Shown here piece by piece: positions 38,009 through 49,179 of a stretch of DNA of 64,000 nt (position 1 is the stretch's first letter; each line of letters begins with the position of its first letter). The position numbers and the translations under genes are program-made. Below the pieces are notes generated by a model. It saw nothing but the letters and a program-made list of their open reading frames with translations. It made no database searches and was not told where the DNA came from. The stretch lies in the IMG/VR virus record IMGVR_UViG_3300032132_000748, one strand, 5' to 3'. The DNA is from a virus (taxonomy: Duplodnaviria > Caudoviricetes).

Positions 38009-38806
38009 ATGGAAAATGTCTTAGTTAACACAGATAACATCTCTGGATTCAAAAAGCTGAAAGATAATTCAGTCAATCTTATACTTTTTAGTCCCCCATA
38101 CGCTAATATTAGAAAAAGCTATGCAGGGGCGGTTCCTACAAAATATGTAGAATGGATCACCCCTTGTCTTAAAGAATCCTATCGAGTCCTAGACACTAAT
38201 GGATCTATGATCATTAACATAAATGATAAGTGTGATAAAGGAGAGAGAATCCCTTATGCCTTTGAGATGGTCATCAAGGCCAGAGAACTTGGGTTTAAGT
38301 TCATCGATACAATTATTTGGCAGAAGAAGAATGGGATAGCAGGTGCTGGCCGCCGAAGAGCTGATTACTTCGAATATATTTTTCATCTCGCTAAATCCAC
38401 TAAACCTACTTGGAATCCTGATCCCATCAGAACACCTTATGCGCCATCTAGTGTAAACAGGTCTAAAACCCCCATTAAGAATAATGTTTCTAATAGAGAG
38501 ACTCGTGGATCAGCTAAAGAAAAAAAGATGTGGGTGCTTAACCCGCATGGCGCATATCCTAAAAACGTAATACCTTTTAAGAAAGATCGGGGTAAAGATC
38601 ATCCGGCTGCCTTTGATATAGAGTTACCCCTTCATTTTATTGCCGCTCATTCAAATCCAGATGATCTAGTGTTGGACCCTTTTGCTGGTAGGGGCACTAC
38701 TTGCGAAGCAGCTAAACGACTTGGAAGACGTTACGTAGGTTTTGAGATGAAAAAAGATTATGTGGAGCTGGGTAGAAAACTCTATACATTAAATGTTAAA
38801 ATTTAG
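38009..38806 (+). CDS. DNA N4-cytosine/N6-adenine methyltransferase (beta class)
   Basis: N-terminal SPPY; C-terminal HPA.F and DPFAGRGTT. Confidence 0.92.
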   Translation: MENVLVNTDNISGFKKLKDNSVNLILFSPPYANIRKSYAGAVPTKYVEWITPCLKESYRVLDTNGSMIININDKCDKGERIPYAFEMVIKARELGFKFIDTIIWQKKNGIAGAGRRRADYFEYIFHLAKSTKPTWNPDPIRTPYAPSSVNRSKTPIKNNVSNRETRGSAKEKKMWVLNPHGAYPKNVIPFKKDRGKDHPAAFDIELPLHFIAAHSNPDDLVLDPFAGRGTTCEAAKRLGRRYVGFEMKKDYVELGRKLYTLNVKI

Positions 38807-38808
38807 TA

Positions 38809-39135
38809 ATGGGATATATTCTTTGGGCTTTTCTCTTTATTATCGCAGGCTTCATTCTTGAGTCTTGTGTCTGTGTCTACCACAGAGCTAGAGAAAATAA
38901 CAGAATCATGCTGTCAGCAGTTACGGGGGGAATCATCACATGTATTGGAATACTGGTTATATCTAGAATTGTTTATAGTGTGATCAGTGGACCCCTTGGT
39001 CATCTATCTCTTATATACGTATTTATTTTTGCTCTAGGAAAAGGCATAGGAACATATACTAGCTTAACTATGTGGGATAGACTGTACCCAAATAAGGCCA
39101 TAAAAGATGAATGTGGGCAAAAAAGAGGGTTGTAG
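38809..39135 (+). CDS. small membrane protein (about 3 TM)
   Basis: three hydrophobic segments. Confidence 0.7.
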   Translation: MGYILWAFLFIIAGFILESCVCVYHRARENNRIMLSAVTGGIITCIGILVISRIVYSVISGPLGHLSLIYVFIFALGKGIGTYTSLTMWDRLYPNKAIKDECGQKRGL

Positions 39136-39171
39136 CCTTTACCAATACTATATATGTGATATCATCAAAGC

Positions 39172-39399
39172 ATGACTACTGGATATGAGGTTTTCCTGAT
39201 CGCTACACGCCCCTACCCTGAGAAGGCCCTGGGAACCGATGTAACGACGTTAGCCTCAAACTGTAGTAGGTATCAGCCCGGTCTTTTTTTCTACTCTGAG
39301 AGGGACGCCAGGGCTTACTACAACGAACTCCTACCGGAGACTAAGCTTACCTGTAAAATATACAGAAGCATTATAAATGTAGAGAAGGAACCTTTATGA
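39172..39399 (+). CDS. hypothetical protein
   Basis: leaderless-type promoter; ATGA overlap with the next gene. Confidence 0.65.
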   Translation: MTTGYEVFLIATRPYPEKALGTDVTTLASNCSRYQPGLFFYSERDARAYYNELLPETKLTCKIYRSIINVEKEPL

Positions 39400-39761
39400 A
39401 CATTGAAGATTCAAGAGCCATCGATAACGCACTCCAAGCTGCTTATCATGAAGTATATAGTGACGAATTAGGGCCAAAAACCCAAGAGAAGTTGATGGAT
39501 AAATTTTATGATCTAATTGACGCTACAGTATTTCCTGATGGTGAGAATGAACTGGACTTTGAGTCGGGAATTGAGTTAGGAATTAAACTATCTCAAAATA
39601 CAGCTCCCGGAGTTAAGTTATACAAAACAGCGTATGACCATCAGGCTTTTTACTTTGTAGGAACTGAAGACGAGATTGTTAAAAAGATAAATACAATTTT
39701 CGATTGTTGTTGCCCTACGGATGTTTTATTACGTAGTGGTTGTCAGTGTAATGGAAATTAA
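39396..39761 (+). CDS. hypothetical protein with C-terminal Cys4 tag
   Basis: ends CCCPTDVLLRSGCQCNGN. Confidence 0.75.
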   Translation: MNIEDSRAIDNALQAAYHEVYSDELGPKTQEKLMDKFYDLIDATVFPDGENELDFESGIELGIKLSQNTAPGVKLYKTAYDHQAFYFVGTEDEIVKKINTIFDCCCPTDVLLRSGCQCNGN

Positions 39762-40272
39762 AACTTATTCTTGCACGGGGCATCGCCCACACAAATTAAA
39801 CCAAGAGTATGATTACGATGGTCCCTGTACGAAATACGTCTACAAAGAGATATTACGTATTTTAGCTGAAGATTCTCCAGATGTCTGTATCAGTGGGATG
39901 GCTATTGGGGCAGACACCTTATTTGCTTTAGCCGCGCTAGAATTAGAAATACCATTGATTGCAGCTTTACCCTTTATCGGTCAAGAAAATCGGTGGCCAG
40001 AAAAATCTAAAAAAATATACCGTGAAATACTTAATAATCCCTTAACAACTAAAAAGGTTGTCAGTGAAGGAGGATATTCCGCGCACAAAATGCATTTAAG
40101 GGATATGTATATGGTAGATGAAGCAGATAAAGTTTTAGCTGTTTTTAATGGAACTAAGGGCGGTACTTATTACACCGTAAAGTATGCTATTAAAAATGAT
40201 GTTGATATCATCTACGTAGACCCTGACGCATGGAAAGAAAAAGATGAGGAACAGCTATCTTTATTTGACTAA
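39751..40272 (+). CDS. SLOG-superfamily protein (YspA/DUF1273-like)
   Basis: TGHRP, SGMAIGAD, RD.YMVD, GGT..TV.YA; ends QLSLFD. Confidence 0.88.
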   Translation: MEIKTYSCTGHRPHKLNQEYDYDGPCTKYVYKEILRILAEDSPDVCISGMAIGADTLFALAALELEIPLIAALPFIGQENRWPEKSKKIYREILNNPLTTKKVVSEGGYSAHKMHLRDMYMVDEADKVLAVFNGTKGGTYYTVKYAIKNDVDIIYVDPDAWKEKDEEQLSLFD

Positions 40273-40323
40273 GTCTTGATCACTAACATCACACAAGGTA
40301 ATCTATTACTGTTAGGTGAAATT

Positions 40324-41409
40324 ATGGACCAAATGTTACTAAGGGATATTCCCGCCCAAAAAGACTTCGAAATCGCCCACTTGCTCCGAGTAAGCGGAAT
40401 GGAACTCAAAGAAACCAAGACAGGCAAACACTATTTATCTTTAGATCTTGGAGATTCCTCTAAAGAGCTCAAGTGGAATAAAAAATGGGACTCTAGTCCC
40501 GCTGAGTATGAGAAACTTAAAAGTAAAAAGGTCTTGTTCGTCACAGGTAAGACCGATGTATATAAAGACAATATGTCAATTGTCTGTGAGAGTTTAGCTG
40601 TGCCAGAAGATGGAACCGAAACAGAATTTCTAGAAGAATTAGTCCCTAGAACGGATTATGACGTCCCCTTCCTAAAAAAGGAACTTTGGAAGTATCTTAA
40701 AAGTATCAAAAATAATTACATCAGGGAGCTTTGTTTACTTTTCCTCAAGGATCCAGAGGTCAAAGAAAAACTAGCAACAAGCGTCGCTGCTGCGGGACAT
40801 CACCACGCATATAAAGGGGGGTTGATCACTCATATCGTACGCCTCATGTATCTAGCCGAAGGTGTTTGCGACGCTTTTAATAACAATATGTATCCCAACG
40901 GTAAATACAAAGTTAACAAAGATCTACTAATATTCGGTGTTTTTGTTCACGACCTATATAAAATCAGAGAATACGAGGGAACCAGCTATGCGGCGGACGG
41001 TGGCCTCGTTCCTCACCTCCCTCTTGGAGCTATCCAAGCCAATAGGTTCATGGATCGCATCGAAGATTTCCCAGAAGAGATAAGAAAACAATTAACGCAT
41101 CTCGTGCTGGCCCACCATGGACAGATTGCTTGGGGTAGTCCCTGCACACCCCTCACTGTCGAGGCAATGATATTACACCACTGTGATAATATAGCAGCCA
41201 AGGTTGATCCTATGCTTGAAGCCCTTGATGATCTTCCTGAGGGAGAAACCTGGACTGGTCGAGTTAAGGTTTGCGAGAATAAGAAAATCTATCTTGGTGG
41301 TATGTCTATACATCAATATGATGATGATAAAGTGGTAGTGAAGAACGGAAAAGTTTGCGTAAAATGCGGGGAGCTTTGCTCTTGCGAAGAAGAAACTGCT
41401 GAAAAATAA
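40324..41409 (+). CDS. YhaM-like 3'-5' exoribonuclease (OB fold plus HD domain)
   Basis: HHAY.GGL..H, HD..K, LAHHG...WGSP, HHCD; AGGTG RBS favours ATG 40324. Confidence 0.88.
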   Translation: MDQMLLRDIPAQKDFEIAHLLRVSGMELKETKTGKHYLSLDLGDSSKELKWNKKWDSSPAEYEKLKSKKVLFVTGKTDVYKDNMSIVCESLAVPEDGTETEFLEELVPRTDYDVPFLKKELWKYLKSIKNNYIRELCLLFLKDPEVKEKLATSVAAAGHHHAYKGGLITHIVRLMYLAEGVCDAFNNNMYPNGKYKVNKDLLIFGVFVHDLYKIREYEGTSYAADGGLVPHLPLGAIQANRFMDRIEDFPEEIRKQLTHLVLAHHGQIAWGSPCTPLTVEAMILHHCDNIAAKVDPMLEALDDLPEGETWTGRVKVCENKKIYLGGMSIHQYDDDKVVVKNGKVCVKCGELCSCEEETAEK

Positions 41410-42051
41410 ATGATCGAATACACAGATCTAATACTTAAATGTAATTCGCTATTTCATAAGTTAAACGGGCGAGCACTACTACATAATATGGTTGAGGGAA
41501 ACGTCTGTTTCTCGCATCCGTTTACGGCAAGTAGTCAATTAGACGTAGATTCTCATCCTAAACGTTTCAATTTATGGAGGTTAGCTAGAAATCGAAACCA
41601 TATTATGGAAATAGGTTTCAATGCAGGACACTCCTCATTAATAATGTTGCTCTCTAATCGAGATGCTCTCCTTACTATATTTGATCTAGAAAAACATGTG
41701 TATACAAGACCATGTTTTGAATTACTTCAAAATTTCTTTCCGCACATGAGAGCACATTATGGAGATAGCAAACAAACCGTAAGTGCTTTTACTCGTGATA
41801 ACCCAAACGCCCGGTATGATCTAATTCACATAGACGGTGCTCACGAGTTTGAAACTCTTGAGCATGATTATCAAAATGCTAAGACATTATCTCATAAGGA
41901 CACTGTAATTGTTGTAGATGATACAGATGGTCCCATAGGAAAATATATTCAAGAAAAAGTATTAATGGGAGAAATAGTAATGCTCAACCGTATTGAACAT
42001 AGACTTAAAAAAACACCCCATCATATGATTTTTAAATTCAAGGGCCGATAA
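41410..42051 (+). CDS. SAM-dependent methyltransferase (Methyltransf_24-like)
   Basis: EIGFNAGHS, GDS, DLIHIDGAH, VVDD. Confidence 0.85.
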   Translation: MIEYTDLILKCNSLFHKLNGRALLHNMVEGNVCFSHPFTASSQLDVDSHPKRFNLWRLARNRNHIMEIGFNAGHSSLIMLLSNRDALLTIFDLEKHVYTRPCFELLQNFFPHMRAHYGDSKQTVSAFTRDNPNARYDLIHIDGAHEFETLEHDYQNAKTLSHKDTVIVVDDTDGPIGKYIQEKVLMGEIVMLNRIEHRLKKTPHHMIFKFKGR

Positions 42052-42234
42052 CTATTGGGCCTTACTCTTAGCCTCTAGCTTAAGACGAAATTCTAAATCC
42101 TGCTGCTTAACTTGTTCATGTTTGTATATGACATTACCAAACCAACAGAAAAATAAGGTGAATACAATAAGACCTACCCAAAATTCTATCCAACCACCAG
42201 GATTTTGATAGCGGTCTATAACTGATCTACTCAT
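42052..42234 (-). CDS. small single-TM protein
   Basis: TM segment then coiled tail; TGtTACAAT 6 nt before ATG 42234. Confidence 0.55.
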   Translation of the reverse strand: MSRSVIDRYQNPGGWIEFWVGLIVFTLFFCWFGNVIYKHEQVKQQDLEFRLKLEAKSKAQ

Positions 42235-42259
42235 ACACATATTGTAACAAAGGAATAAA

Positions 42260-42949
42260 ATGAATCATAAATTGATGAACTTACTGCTCTTTTATCTAAT
42301 CAAATTAGATCAACTAGGTGCTAAACCCCAGGAAATCGCTTCAATTCACCCAGACCCTATGCGAAGATTAGGGCACTGTATGTGGATGATTACTAAAATG
42401 AGATCATTTGACTGGAATAGTGATGAAATAAAATCAAATAGATGGCTTGGATACATCCAAGGAGTCCTTAATGCAGAAAGAGTGTTTTCTATCTTAGATT
42501 TACGAGATCACACAAGACCCCTCTATAATGATATTCCTGAATGCCCAGCAGTTATTCAACTTATTAGCGATGCACGCAGCGGCTCTATATCAACCAGCTA
42601 CATGACAGCCATAACTAGAATCAATTTTGAAGATATTGCCAAAAAACAATCTCGACCAATTAGAAACACTAAAGAGTTTGCCAGTTTTCATACCTATTTT
42701 AATAAAGGCGCAATAGCTCGAACAGTAACTGAAGTTATTTTCTATTTTAAAGAAGCACTCAAGGTTAGTATGACAGCCCCTGCTGCACGAAGGTCTGATC
42801 ATAATGGTATGATTATTAAATCACTAATTAAAATGAAAGAAACAAGATTTACTAAAATGGATGTTGAGGCGGCTAAGAAAGAAATTTTCGAAACAGCCCA
42901 AGAAGAGCTTAGTCGCCCCAATCTTGATGGATTGCCCCATAAGGATTAA
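42260..42949 (+). CDS. hypothetical protein (K..RWLGYIQG.L motif)
   Basis: AGGA RBS; 229-aa ORF. Confidence 0.7.
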   Translation: MNHKLMNLLLFYLIKLDQLGAKPQEIASIHPDPMRRLGHCMWMITKMRSFDWNSDEIKSNRWLGYIQGVLNAERVFSILDLRDHTRPLYNDIPECPAVIQLISDARSGSISTSYMTAITRINFEDIAKKQSRPIRNTKEFASFHTYFNKGAIARTVTEVIFYFKEALKVSMTAPAARRSDHNGMIIKSLIKMKETRFTKMDVEAAKKEIFETAQEELSRPNLDGLPHKD

Positions 42950-43250
42950 TAGAAAGAATCAGATGAAGCCATCTTCTGTGACATATTTCCATTCTCCTAT
43001 CATCCCAATCTTCAGGAGTAGCCCGAAGACCTGCAGCTTCGACTGCACAGCCGTCAGCAATACCATTTAGGAGAACCTTATGTCCCATACGGCTTTCGCT
43101 CTCAGCTACAGACACTATAGCTAGAACAGCCGCACATAGGTTTTCCCACGAGGTAGCTATTGCGTCTTTAACATCTCCAGCGCTTTGTGCTGCGTCCCAT
43201 TCAGTTTTGTATGTGTCTCTTACTGAGAGAATATCGTGATTAAGTCCCAT
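42909..43250 (-). CDS. hypothetical protein
   Basis: TGgTAAAAT 6 nt before ATG; plausible helical protein. Confidence 0.55.
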   Translation of the reverse strand: MGLNHDILSVRDTYKTEWDAAQSAGDVKDAIATSWENLCAAVLAIVSVAESESRMGHKVLLNGIADGCAVEAAGLRATPEDWDDRRMEICHRRWLHLILSINPYGAIHQDWGD

Positions 43251-43288
43251 TGTTTGATTTTACCAAATATATAGATTATTATTCACTT

Positions 43289-43753
43289 ATGGATTTAATT
43301 TACAAGCATCCCGACGGCGGTAGTTTATGGCAATCAGGTTACCGAGATATACCCCATAATCTTAAGCTCCTTGGGATACAAGTAGTTATTTATGCTGCTG
43401 CCGAATGTCCACCACTCAACCATCATAAAGGTGCTAGATTAGAATATTTTCCTAATCACGACATGATGGTTCCAAAAACTAGCCCGCATTATAATGTTTT
43501 ACTTAATAATGCAAAAGCGGCTGTTCCTACTGTCGTTGAAGCTATAAAAAGCGGAGAAAATGTATTAGTAACCTGCTCTCAGGGCGTAAATAGATCCAGT
43601 CTCGTAACAGGATTATCAATTAGAGCACTATCAGAAATACCTGCATGGGAAATAGTTGATTTAATTAAAGAAAAACGAGAAGGAACCTTAACTAATGGAA
43701 CCTTCATGGGTATGATTATCGATACAAGTAGCCCCAATCCTTACTTAGATTAG
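43289..43753 (+). CDS. dual-specificity/tyrosine phosphatase
   Basis: CX5R loop VLVTCSQGVNRS; leaderless start at 43289. Confidence 0.85.
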   Translation: MDLIYKHPDGGSLWQSGYRDIPHNLKLLGIQVVIYAAAECPPLNHHKGARLEYFPNHDMMVPKTSPHYNVLLNNAKAAVPTVVEAIKSGENVLVTCSQGVNRSSLVTGLSIRALSEIPAWEIVDLIKEKREGTLTNGTFMGMIIDTSSPNPYLD

Positions 43754-43796
43754 GTTCGAAGCTTTACCCACCTCTTAAACGTACTATCATGTAGAA

Positions 43797-45746
43797 ATGA
43801 AGCCCAATTTAGCCATCTTTCTACCACCAAACCATCAGCCACACCATCCGTCTGTTCGGTTAAGGAGAATAAATCTCCGTAAACCCTTACGTAAAGCAGG
43901 AATTAGAGCAGATTTAATTTACAGGTATGAAGATCTATGGTCTTATTCAAATATTTTGATAAGTCACTTAGATGCAGAAGTAGCAGCCCGTTGCCGCCAG
44001 TGGAGATGCGAGGGTAGACGAATATTTTATTGTCATACAGAAGGCATTACCGGACTTAAATATCAAGACGAAATATTTAATTCCTGTGATTACATAGTTT
44101 GCTGCAGCACTAAGCTGGCTGAGATGACACAAGCAACGATAACTTCTAGTTTTACCAAATGTATCGTAATACCTGATATGCTGGAAGGTCCTCGACCAAT
44201 TCATAAACCACAAAAGAAGGAAAAACTAACTTGTGTTTGGACCGGCATGGGCGGAAATAGCTATTTAGTTAAAACGCTGAAACCAGTTATCGAGAAATGT
44301 GGTATGGATCTCACGATAATTAGCGAACACGATGATGCAGATCTCAAGTGGGATAGAGACACCTATCTATATGATATGGCGGAAGCCGACATAGTTCTTT
44401 GTCCACAAAATGTCGAGAGACAGCCCGCTAAATCTCACGTTAAGGTAGCAACGGCAATGGGCTTAGGAATGCCTCTGGTTTGTAGTCCCAATCCCGCATA
44501 TTTAGAAATTGTTAAACAGGGCATTAACGGTTATGTGGCTAGAACCTTGGAAGATTGGGAACAAGCGTTAACAGCACTCAAGAATCTCAATAAAAGGGTT
44601 GAGGTGGGTCGCGAAGCATTACAAACGTCAAAGCAATTCAATTCTGAATCTATAGCAAAACTATGGGTTGAACTACTAGACAAAGACAGCAAAGAGTTTA
44701 AGGTCGCATTTATAAACAACACCTTACCGCATAAGTATATGAGTTATGGTGACATCATATTAGATAATATGAGGCTTAGCGGGGTTAAAGTTGATGAATT
44801 TAGGTATGAGGATACGAAAGATTTAGAGCACGGCTATGACATTTATATGTTTACTGAAGTTAGATTTAATCCAGAAGATATCAATTACGTAGCACATCAC
44901 CCTCTTCGCGGCCCCCTACCGTCAGACGGAGGCCCCCGAGTTCTCATAACTCAAGAAAACATTGATCTAAACTTTTTTACATACTTTGATCTAGTAGTTA
45001 CCCCAAACAAACAACTAGGTTTAGATTGGGTCAGTAGGGGTTTTGTTAATGTTGCCGTTATCGAAAACTGGGACAGCATTGATCCAAAATATTTTGCCAC
45101 TCTTTGTCAAGATGAGGCATTTCTGCACGCCAGAAAAGAACATAATTTCAACCTCCACTCAAAGCACATTGATTCTTTTCATAGTTTACAGCCACCAGAA
45201 GAGCGTTGGGTCGGAGGAAATAGAGATCAACTCCACATCAACTGGACAATGGAAAACACCCACGAAGATGCTTCTATCCTAGATATAGGGAGTGCTGATG
45301 GTTGGCTCGCACTATTCTTAGCTATGCAGAATAGAGATGTATCTGCAGTAGAGTTTGTTAAAAGGGGTATTGACTGGACTAAAAAGAATGCTCAGAGACT
45401 TGGAGTAGATATTGATCTGAGGTATGGGTTCACGGAGAATGTGGATAATCTTTTTAACGACAAAAAATTTGATTACATCCTAGCGTATGAGATATTAGAG
45501 CATCTAGACTATAGAAGAGTTCCCTGGTATCTTGAGAAGATGGAGAATATATTAAATCCAGGAGGTAAGGTGTTAATCACATTACCGAAACAGGACTTAC
45601 ACGATAACCCAGAGCATTTATGGAGTCCAAGCATCAAATTGATTGACAACCTATTTGAAAATAAGCACAATTATCAGTGTCAGTGGATAGATATTCCTAA
45701 TCACGGAGTGCCTGGCAATTGGTTTATAAAATATGAAAAGAGGTAA
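43797..45746 (+). CDS. glycosyltransferase (GT-B, GT4-like) fused to a SAM methyltransferase
   Basis: KSHVK...AMGLGMPLVCS...GINGY; C-terminal LDIGSADG, EILEHL, LNPGG. Confidence 0.85.
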   Translation: MKPNLAIFLPPNHQPHHPSVRLRRINLRKPLRKAGIRADLIYRYEDLWSYSNILISHLDAEVAARCRQWRCEGRRIFYCHTEGITGLKYQDEIFNSCDYIVCCSTKLAEMTQATITSSFTKCIVIPDMLEGPRPIHKPQKKEKLTCVWTGMGGNSYLVKTLKPVIEKCGMDLTIISEHDDADLKWDRDTYLYDMAEADIVLCPQNVERQPAKSHVKVATAMGLGMPLVCSPNPAYLEIVKQGINGYVARTLEDWEQALTALKNLNKRVEVGREALQTSKQFNSESIAKLWVELLDKDSKEFKVAFINNTLPHKYMSYGDIILDNMRLSGVKVDEFRYEDTKDLEHGYDIYMFTEVRFNPEDINYVAHHPLRGPLPSDGGPRVLITQENIDLNFFTYFDLVVTPNKQLGLDWVSRGFVNVAVIENWDSIDPKYFATLCQDEAFLHARKEHNFNLHSKHIDSFHSLQPPEERWVGGNRDQLHINWTMENTHEDASILDIGSADGWLALFLAMQNRDVSAVEFVKRGIDWTKKNAQRLGVDIDLRYGFTENVDNLFNDKKFDYILAYEILEHLDYRRVPWYLEKMENILNPGGKVLITLPKQDLHDNPEHLWSPSIKLIDNLFENKHNYQCQWIDIPNHGVPGNWFIKYEKR

Positions 45747-45748
45747 AA

Positions 45749-46096
45749 ATGCACGGAGATAATCATGATGGGCAGAGAGCTTTAGATATGACAATAGGAA
45801 ATTGGCATATTCTAAGAGCTGTGTGGTATCCTTATTTCAAACCAAATCCGATGGTAGCCAAATCATTTACTGTATCAGCCTGGAAAGTAGCAACAACGTC
45901 CTCTGGAGAAAAGCCGGGCCATCCGGTTTTTTTAAAAGAGATTGGTGGGGATAAAGTCTTCCACGCATCATACAAGGATCTTGGAAAAAAATTTCTACCA
46001 GAGCAACACTATAAAGATGTGCTTGCGTTTAACGGATATATCGTCGAAGATCAAGGTGATGATTTTATATCATTTGCCCGGAAACCGGCTATATAG
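45749..46096 (+). CDS. hypothetical protein
   Basis: GAGG RBS; 115-aa ORF. Confidence 0.6.
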   Translation: MHGDNHDGQRALDMTIGNWHILRAVWYPYFKPNPMVAKSFTVSAWKVATTSSGEKPGHPVFLKEIGGDKVFHASYKDLGKKFLPEQHYKDVLAFNGYIVEDQGDDFISFARKPAI

Positions 46097-46225
46097 TCTT
46101 TTCAAGAAGAAACAGATTTCCATCCCTTGACCTAACTCCTTACATTGCTAATATGAAGTTGTGAAAGACTGTATGTGCGAGTATACCCTTCTTAAAAAAG
46201 ACCTCGCTGTCAGCGAGGAGATTTA

Positions 46226-48679
46226 ATGTTCGATCGTTTTACGATAACAGCACGAAAAGTGATGCGACTGGCTCGAACCGAATGCTCAACATTTAAGCAT
46301 GGTTTCATAGGCACAGAGCATTTCCTTTTAGGATTGCTTAGGGAAGATAAAAGTATTGCAGCCGCCGTCCTCAGGACGATGGGTGTAACAGCAGACAAAG
46401 TTATCAAAGAGATTGAGATTGAGCCCTCAAATACACCACCCATGGGAGTCATCCCTTTTACCAAAAGAGCAAAACAAACTCTTGAGGCGGCTGTCGAAGA
46501 AGCGGCTCATCTACGACACAACTATATTGGCCCAGAGCACATCCTGCTAGGGCTATTAGATGACGAGAATGGTGCTGCCGTTCAAATTCTACTCAAAATG
46601 AATGTCGATATTGATGACGTAAGAAGCGAAGTACTTGAGCTTATTACAGAGACAGTGACTACGGCAGAGGATGAGGAAGAAGAAAAGACCGTAGACGCCA
46701 CCAAAAAGAAAGCAAAAGCGAAAAAAGGTAAGAGTGCTCTAGATCAGTTTGGTAGAGATCTTACAAAGTATGCTGCTGATGGAAAACTGGACCCAGTCAT
46801 TGGTCGTAAGGATGAAATAGAAAGAGTACTACTAGTCCTAGCACGTAGAAATAAGAATAATCCAATTCTTCTTGGAGAACCTGGGGTCGGAAAGACTGCC
46901 ATTGTTGAGGGTATCGCCCAACAAATCATAAACGGAAAAGCACCAGAAATGTTAGACGGTCACAGACTCATTGCATTAGACTTGGCAGCTATGGTTGCGG
47001 GCACTAAATACCGAGGCCAGTTTGAGGAAAGAATTAAAGCCGTCATGGCAGAGGCTACTAAAGAGAAAATTATTCTCTTCATTGACGAAATTCATACTCT
47101 AGTTGGGGCTGGAGGGGCTGAAGGCGCTATTGATGCAGCTAATGTCCTTAAACCAGCACTTTCTCGGGGAGAAATACGATGCATCGGAGCCACTACGCTT
47201 GATGAGTATAGAAAATCTCTAGAGAAAGATGGGGCTCTAGCGCGACGTTTCCAAAAAGTGATAGTTGACCCGCCGTCTGTAGAACAAGCAGAGCAGATTT
47301 TGCTAGGTGTGATTAATAAATATGAGGCACACCACAAAGTTAAATACTCTAAGGAAGCACTAAAGACAGCAGTAAATCTCGCTGATCGATATATCACAGC
47401 TAGATTCTTACCAGATAAAGCTCTGGACGTTATTGATGAAGCTGGTGCCAGAGTTGTTCTGGAAAAACACCGACCTAAAAAGTTGGCAGATGCAGAACTT
47501 GATCTTGAAACACTTGAGAAATCAAAAATTAATGCAGTTGCTGATCAAGAATTTGAGGAGGCTGCTTCCATCCGCGATAAAATCGAAAAGCTAGAAGAGA
47601 GTATTAAGCAACTAAAGCTTACTTGGAAACAAGAAAATAAAAAGAAACCCGTTGTTACTAAAAAATTGATCGCAAGAACAATTTCTAAAATGACGGGAAT
47701 TCCTCTCGAAAGTTTAAGTGCTTCTGAGACGGAAAAACTTCTCAAGCTAGAATCTCATCTTGGCAAAATAGTTATTGGACAAACTAAAGCCAAAGAGCAG
47801 CTTGCGAAATCTCTTCGTAAAGCCCGAGCGGGTCTTGGTGACCCAAATCGGCCAATGGGCACCTACTTATTCGTCGGACCAACTGGTGTTGGTAAAACAC
47901 TACTAGCTAAAGCTATGGCTAAGACTATTTTTGATTCGGAAGAAGCATTGATCACCATGGATATGTCTGAGTATTCAGAAAAAATCAATGTATCAAGATT
48001 GGTCGGAAGTGCCCCTGGATATGTAGGATACGAGGAAGGCGGCCAACTAACGGAGGCAGTCAGAAGAAAGCCTTATTCAGTTGTTCTTTTTGACGAAATC
48101 GAAAAAGCTCACCCGGAAGTATTTAATATTCTTCTTCAAATAATGGAAGATGGCAAGTTGACTGATTCTCAAGGAAGAAAGGTTAATTTCAAAAATACTG
48201 TTATCATACTTACTAGTAATGTTGGTAGTAGCGCTATCATAAATAAATCTTCCCTAGGTTTTGGTGGAGGTAGTGAAACGTCTGAAGAAATGATTGAAAA
48301 ACAGATAAGTGAAGATCTAAATAGAACCTTCAAACCCGAATTTTTGAATAGATTAGACGCAAAAGTTATCTTTACTCAACTAACTAAGGATGAGCTATAC
48401 GAGGTTCTGGATCTTGAACTCCATAAGGTTATTAAGAGACTCCAAGAAAAAGGCCGAACATTGGAGCTTAGTCCTGCAGCGAAAGACTTCTTACTAGATA
48501 AAGGTTACAACCCTGAATATGGCGCACGTCCGCTTAGACGTGCGGTAGGTACTTATGTTGAAGACCTTCTTGCTGAGGAAATATTAAAGGGAGCTTTCCC
48601 GGATAATGAGAAGATTCTCTTGGATAGAAATCCTGAAGATGATCACCTATTTGCCTGTAATATAGTTCTTGAAGCTTAG
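46226..48679 (+). CDS. clpC: ClpC-type AAA+ unfoldase (Clp-N repeats, two ATPase domains, UVR coil, LGF loop)
   Basis: [44 protein letters not shown]. Confidence 0.95.
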   Translation: MFDRFTITARKVMRLARTECSTFKHGFIGTEHFLLGLLREDKSIAAAVLRTMGVTADKVIKEIEIEPSNTPPMGVIPFTKRAKQTLEAAVEEAAHLRHNYIGPEHILLGLLDDENGAAVQILLKMNVDIDDVRSEVLELITETVTTAEDEEEEKTVDATKKKAKAKKGKSALDQFGRDLTKYAADGKLDPVIGRKDEIERVLLVLARRNKNNPILLGEPGVGKTAIVEGIAQQIINGKAPEMLDGHRLIALDLAAMVAGTKYRGQFEERIKAVMAEATKEKIILFIDEIHTLVGAGGAEGAIDAANVLKPALSRGEIRCIGATTLDEYRKSLEKDGALARRFQKVIVDPPSVEQAEQILLGVINKYEAHHKVKYSKEALKTAVNLADRYITARFLPDKALDVIDEAGARVVLEKHRPKKLADAELDLETLEKSKINAVADQEFEEAASIRDKIEKLEESIKQLKLTWKQENKKKPVVTKKLIARTISKMTGIPLESLSASETEKLLKLESHLGKIVIGQTKAKEQLAKSLRKARAGLGDPNRPMGTYLFVGPTGVGKTLLAKAMAKTIFDSEEALITMDMSEYSEKINVSRLVGSAPGYVGYEEGGQLTEAVRRKPYSVVLFDEIEKAHPEVFNILLQIMEDGKLTDSQGRKVNFKNTVIILTSNVGSSAIINKSSLGFGGGSETSEEMIEKQISEDLNRTFKPEFLNRLDAKVIFTQLTKDELYEVLDLELHKVIKRLQEKGRTLELSPAAKDFLLDKGYNPEYGARPLRRAVGTYVEDLLAEEILKGAFPDNEKILLDRNPEDDHLFACNIVLEA

Positions 48680-48765
48680 TTGTCAGACCCTCTTGATACA
48701 CTATAACTAGTAAGAAACCTTGAGGAGATACTTCTTCGTGGTATATTGAACGTAATGGAGAGAGA

Positions 48766-49170
48766 ATGGGCACATTAGCAAAATTAGCAAATGAACTCTA
48801 TGATCTTCGAGAACAGAAGTCAGGAATTACTAGTTCCTTGAGTGAAGTTAAGAAGAAAATAGATGAAGTTGAGAAAGAGATGCTTGAGGAGCTTGCCGAG
48901 GAAGGCATGAATCGAGTAGACATTAGCGGTAAAGGATCATTCTTTATAGCTACAAGAAAATTTTATCGTATCGATGATAAGGATGCCTTCATAGCCTTCC
49001 TTGAAGAACAGGGAGATGAGGATATACTGTCGGTTCAGCACCAGACTCTGAACGGTTATGCTAAGGAAATAGCAACTAGAAAAGAAGCTGATGGTGACTC
49101 GGAATTCGAAATACCGGGATTAGTATTCCATGCGAAATCACAAATCAAAGTCAAGAAGAGTAAAAACTAA
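48766..49170 (+). CDS. phage replication-module coiled-coil protein
   Basis: coiled N-half and ...IPGL... C-terminus; directly upstream of the SSB-like gene. Confidence 0.65.
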   Translation: MGTLAKLANELYDLREQKSGITSSLSEVKKKIDEVEKEMLEELAEEGMNRVDISGKGSFFIATRKFYRIDDKDAFIAFLEEQGDEDILSVQHQTLNGYAKEIATRKEADGDSEFEIPGLVFHAKSQIKVKKSKN

Positions 49171-49179
49171 GGAGTTGTA

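Noticed and set aside
38009-38806. Restriction-modification system
   Set aside because: No adjacent endonuclease recognised; likely an orphan protective methyltransferase
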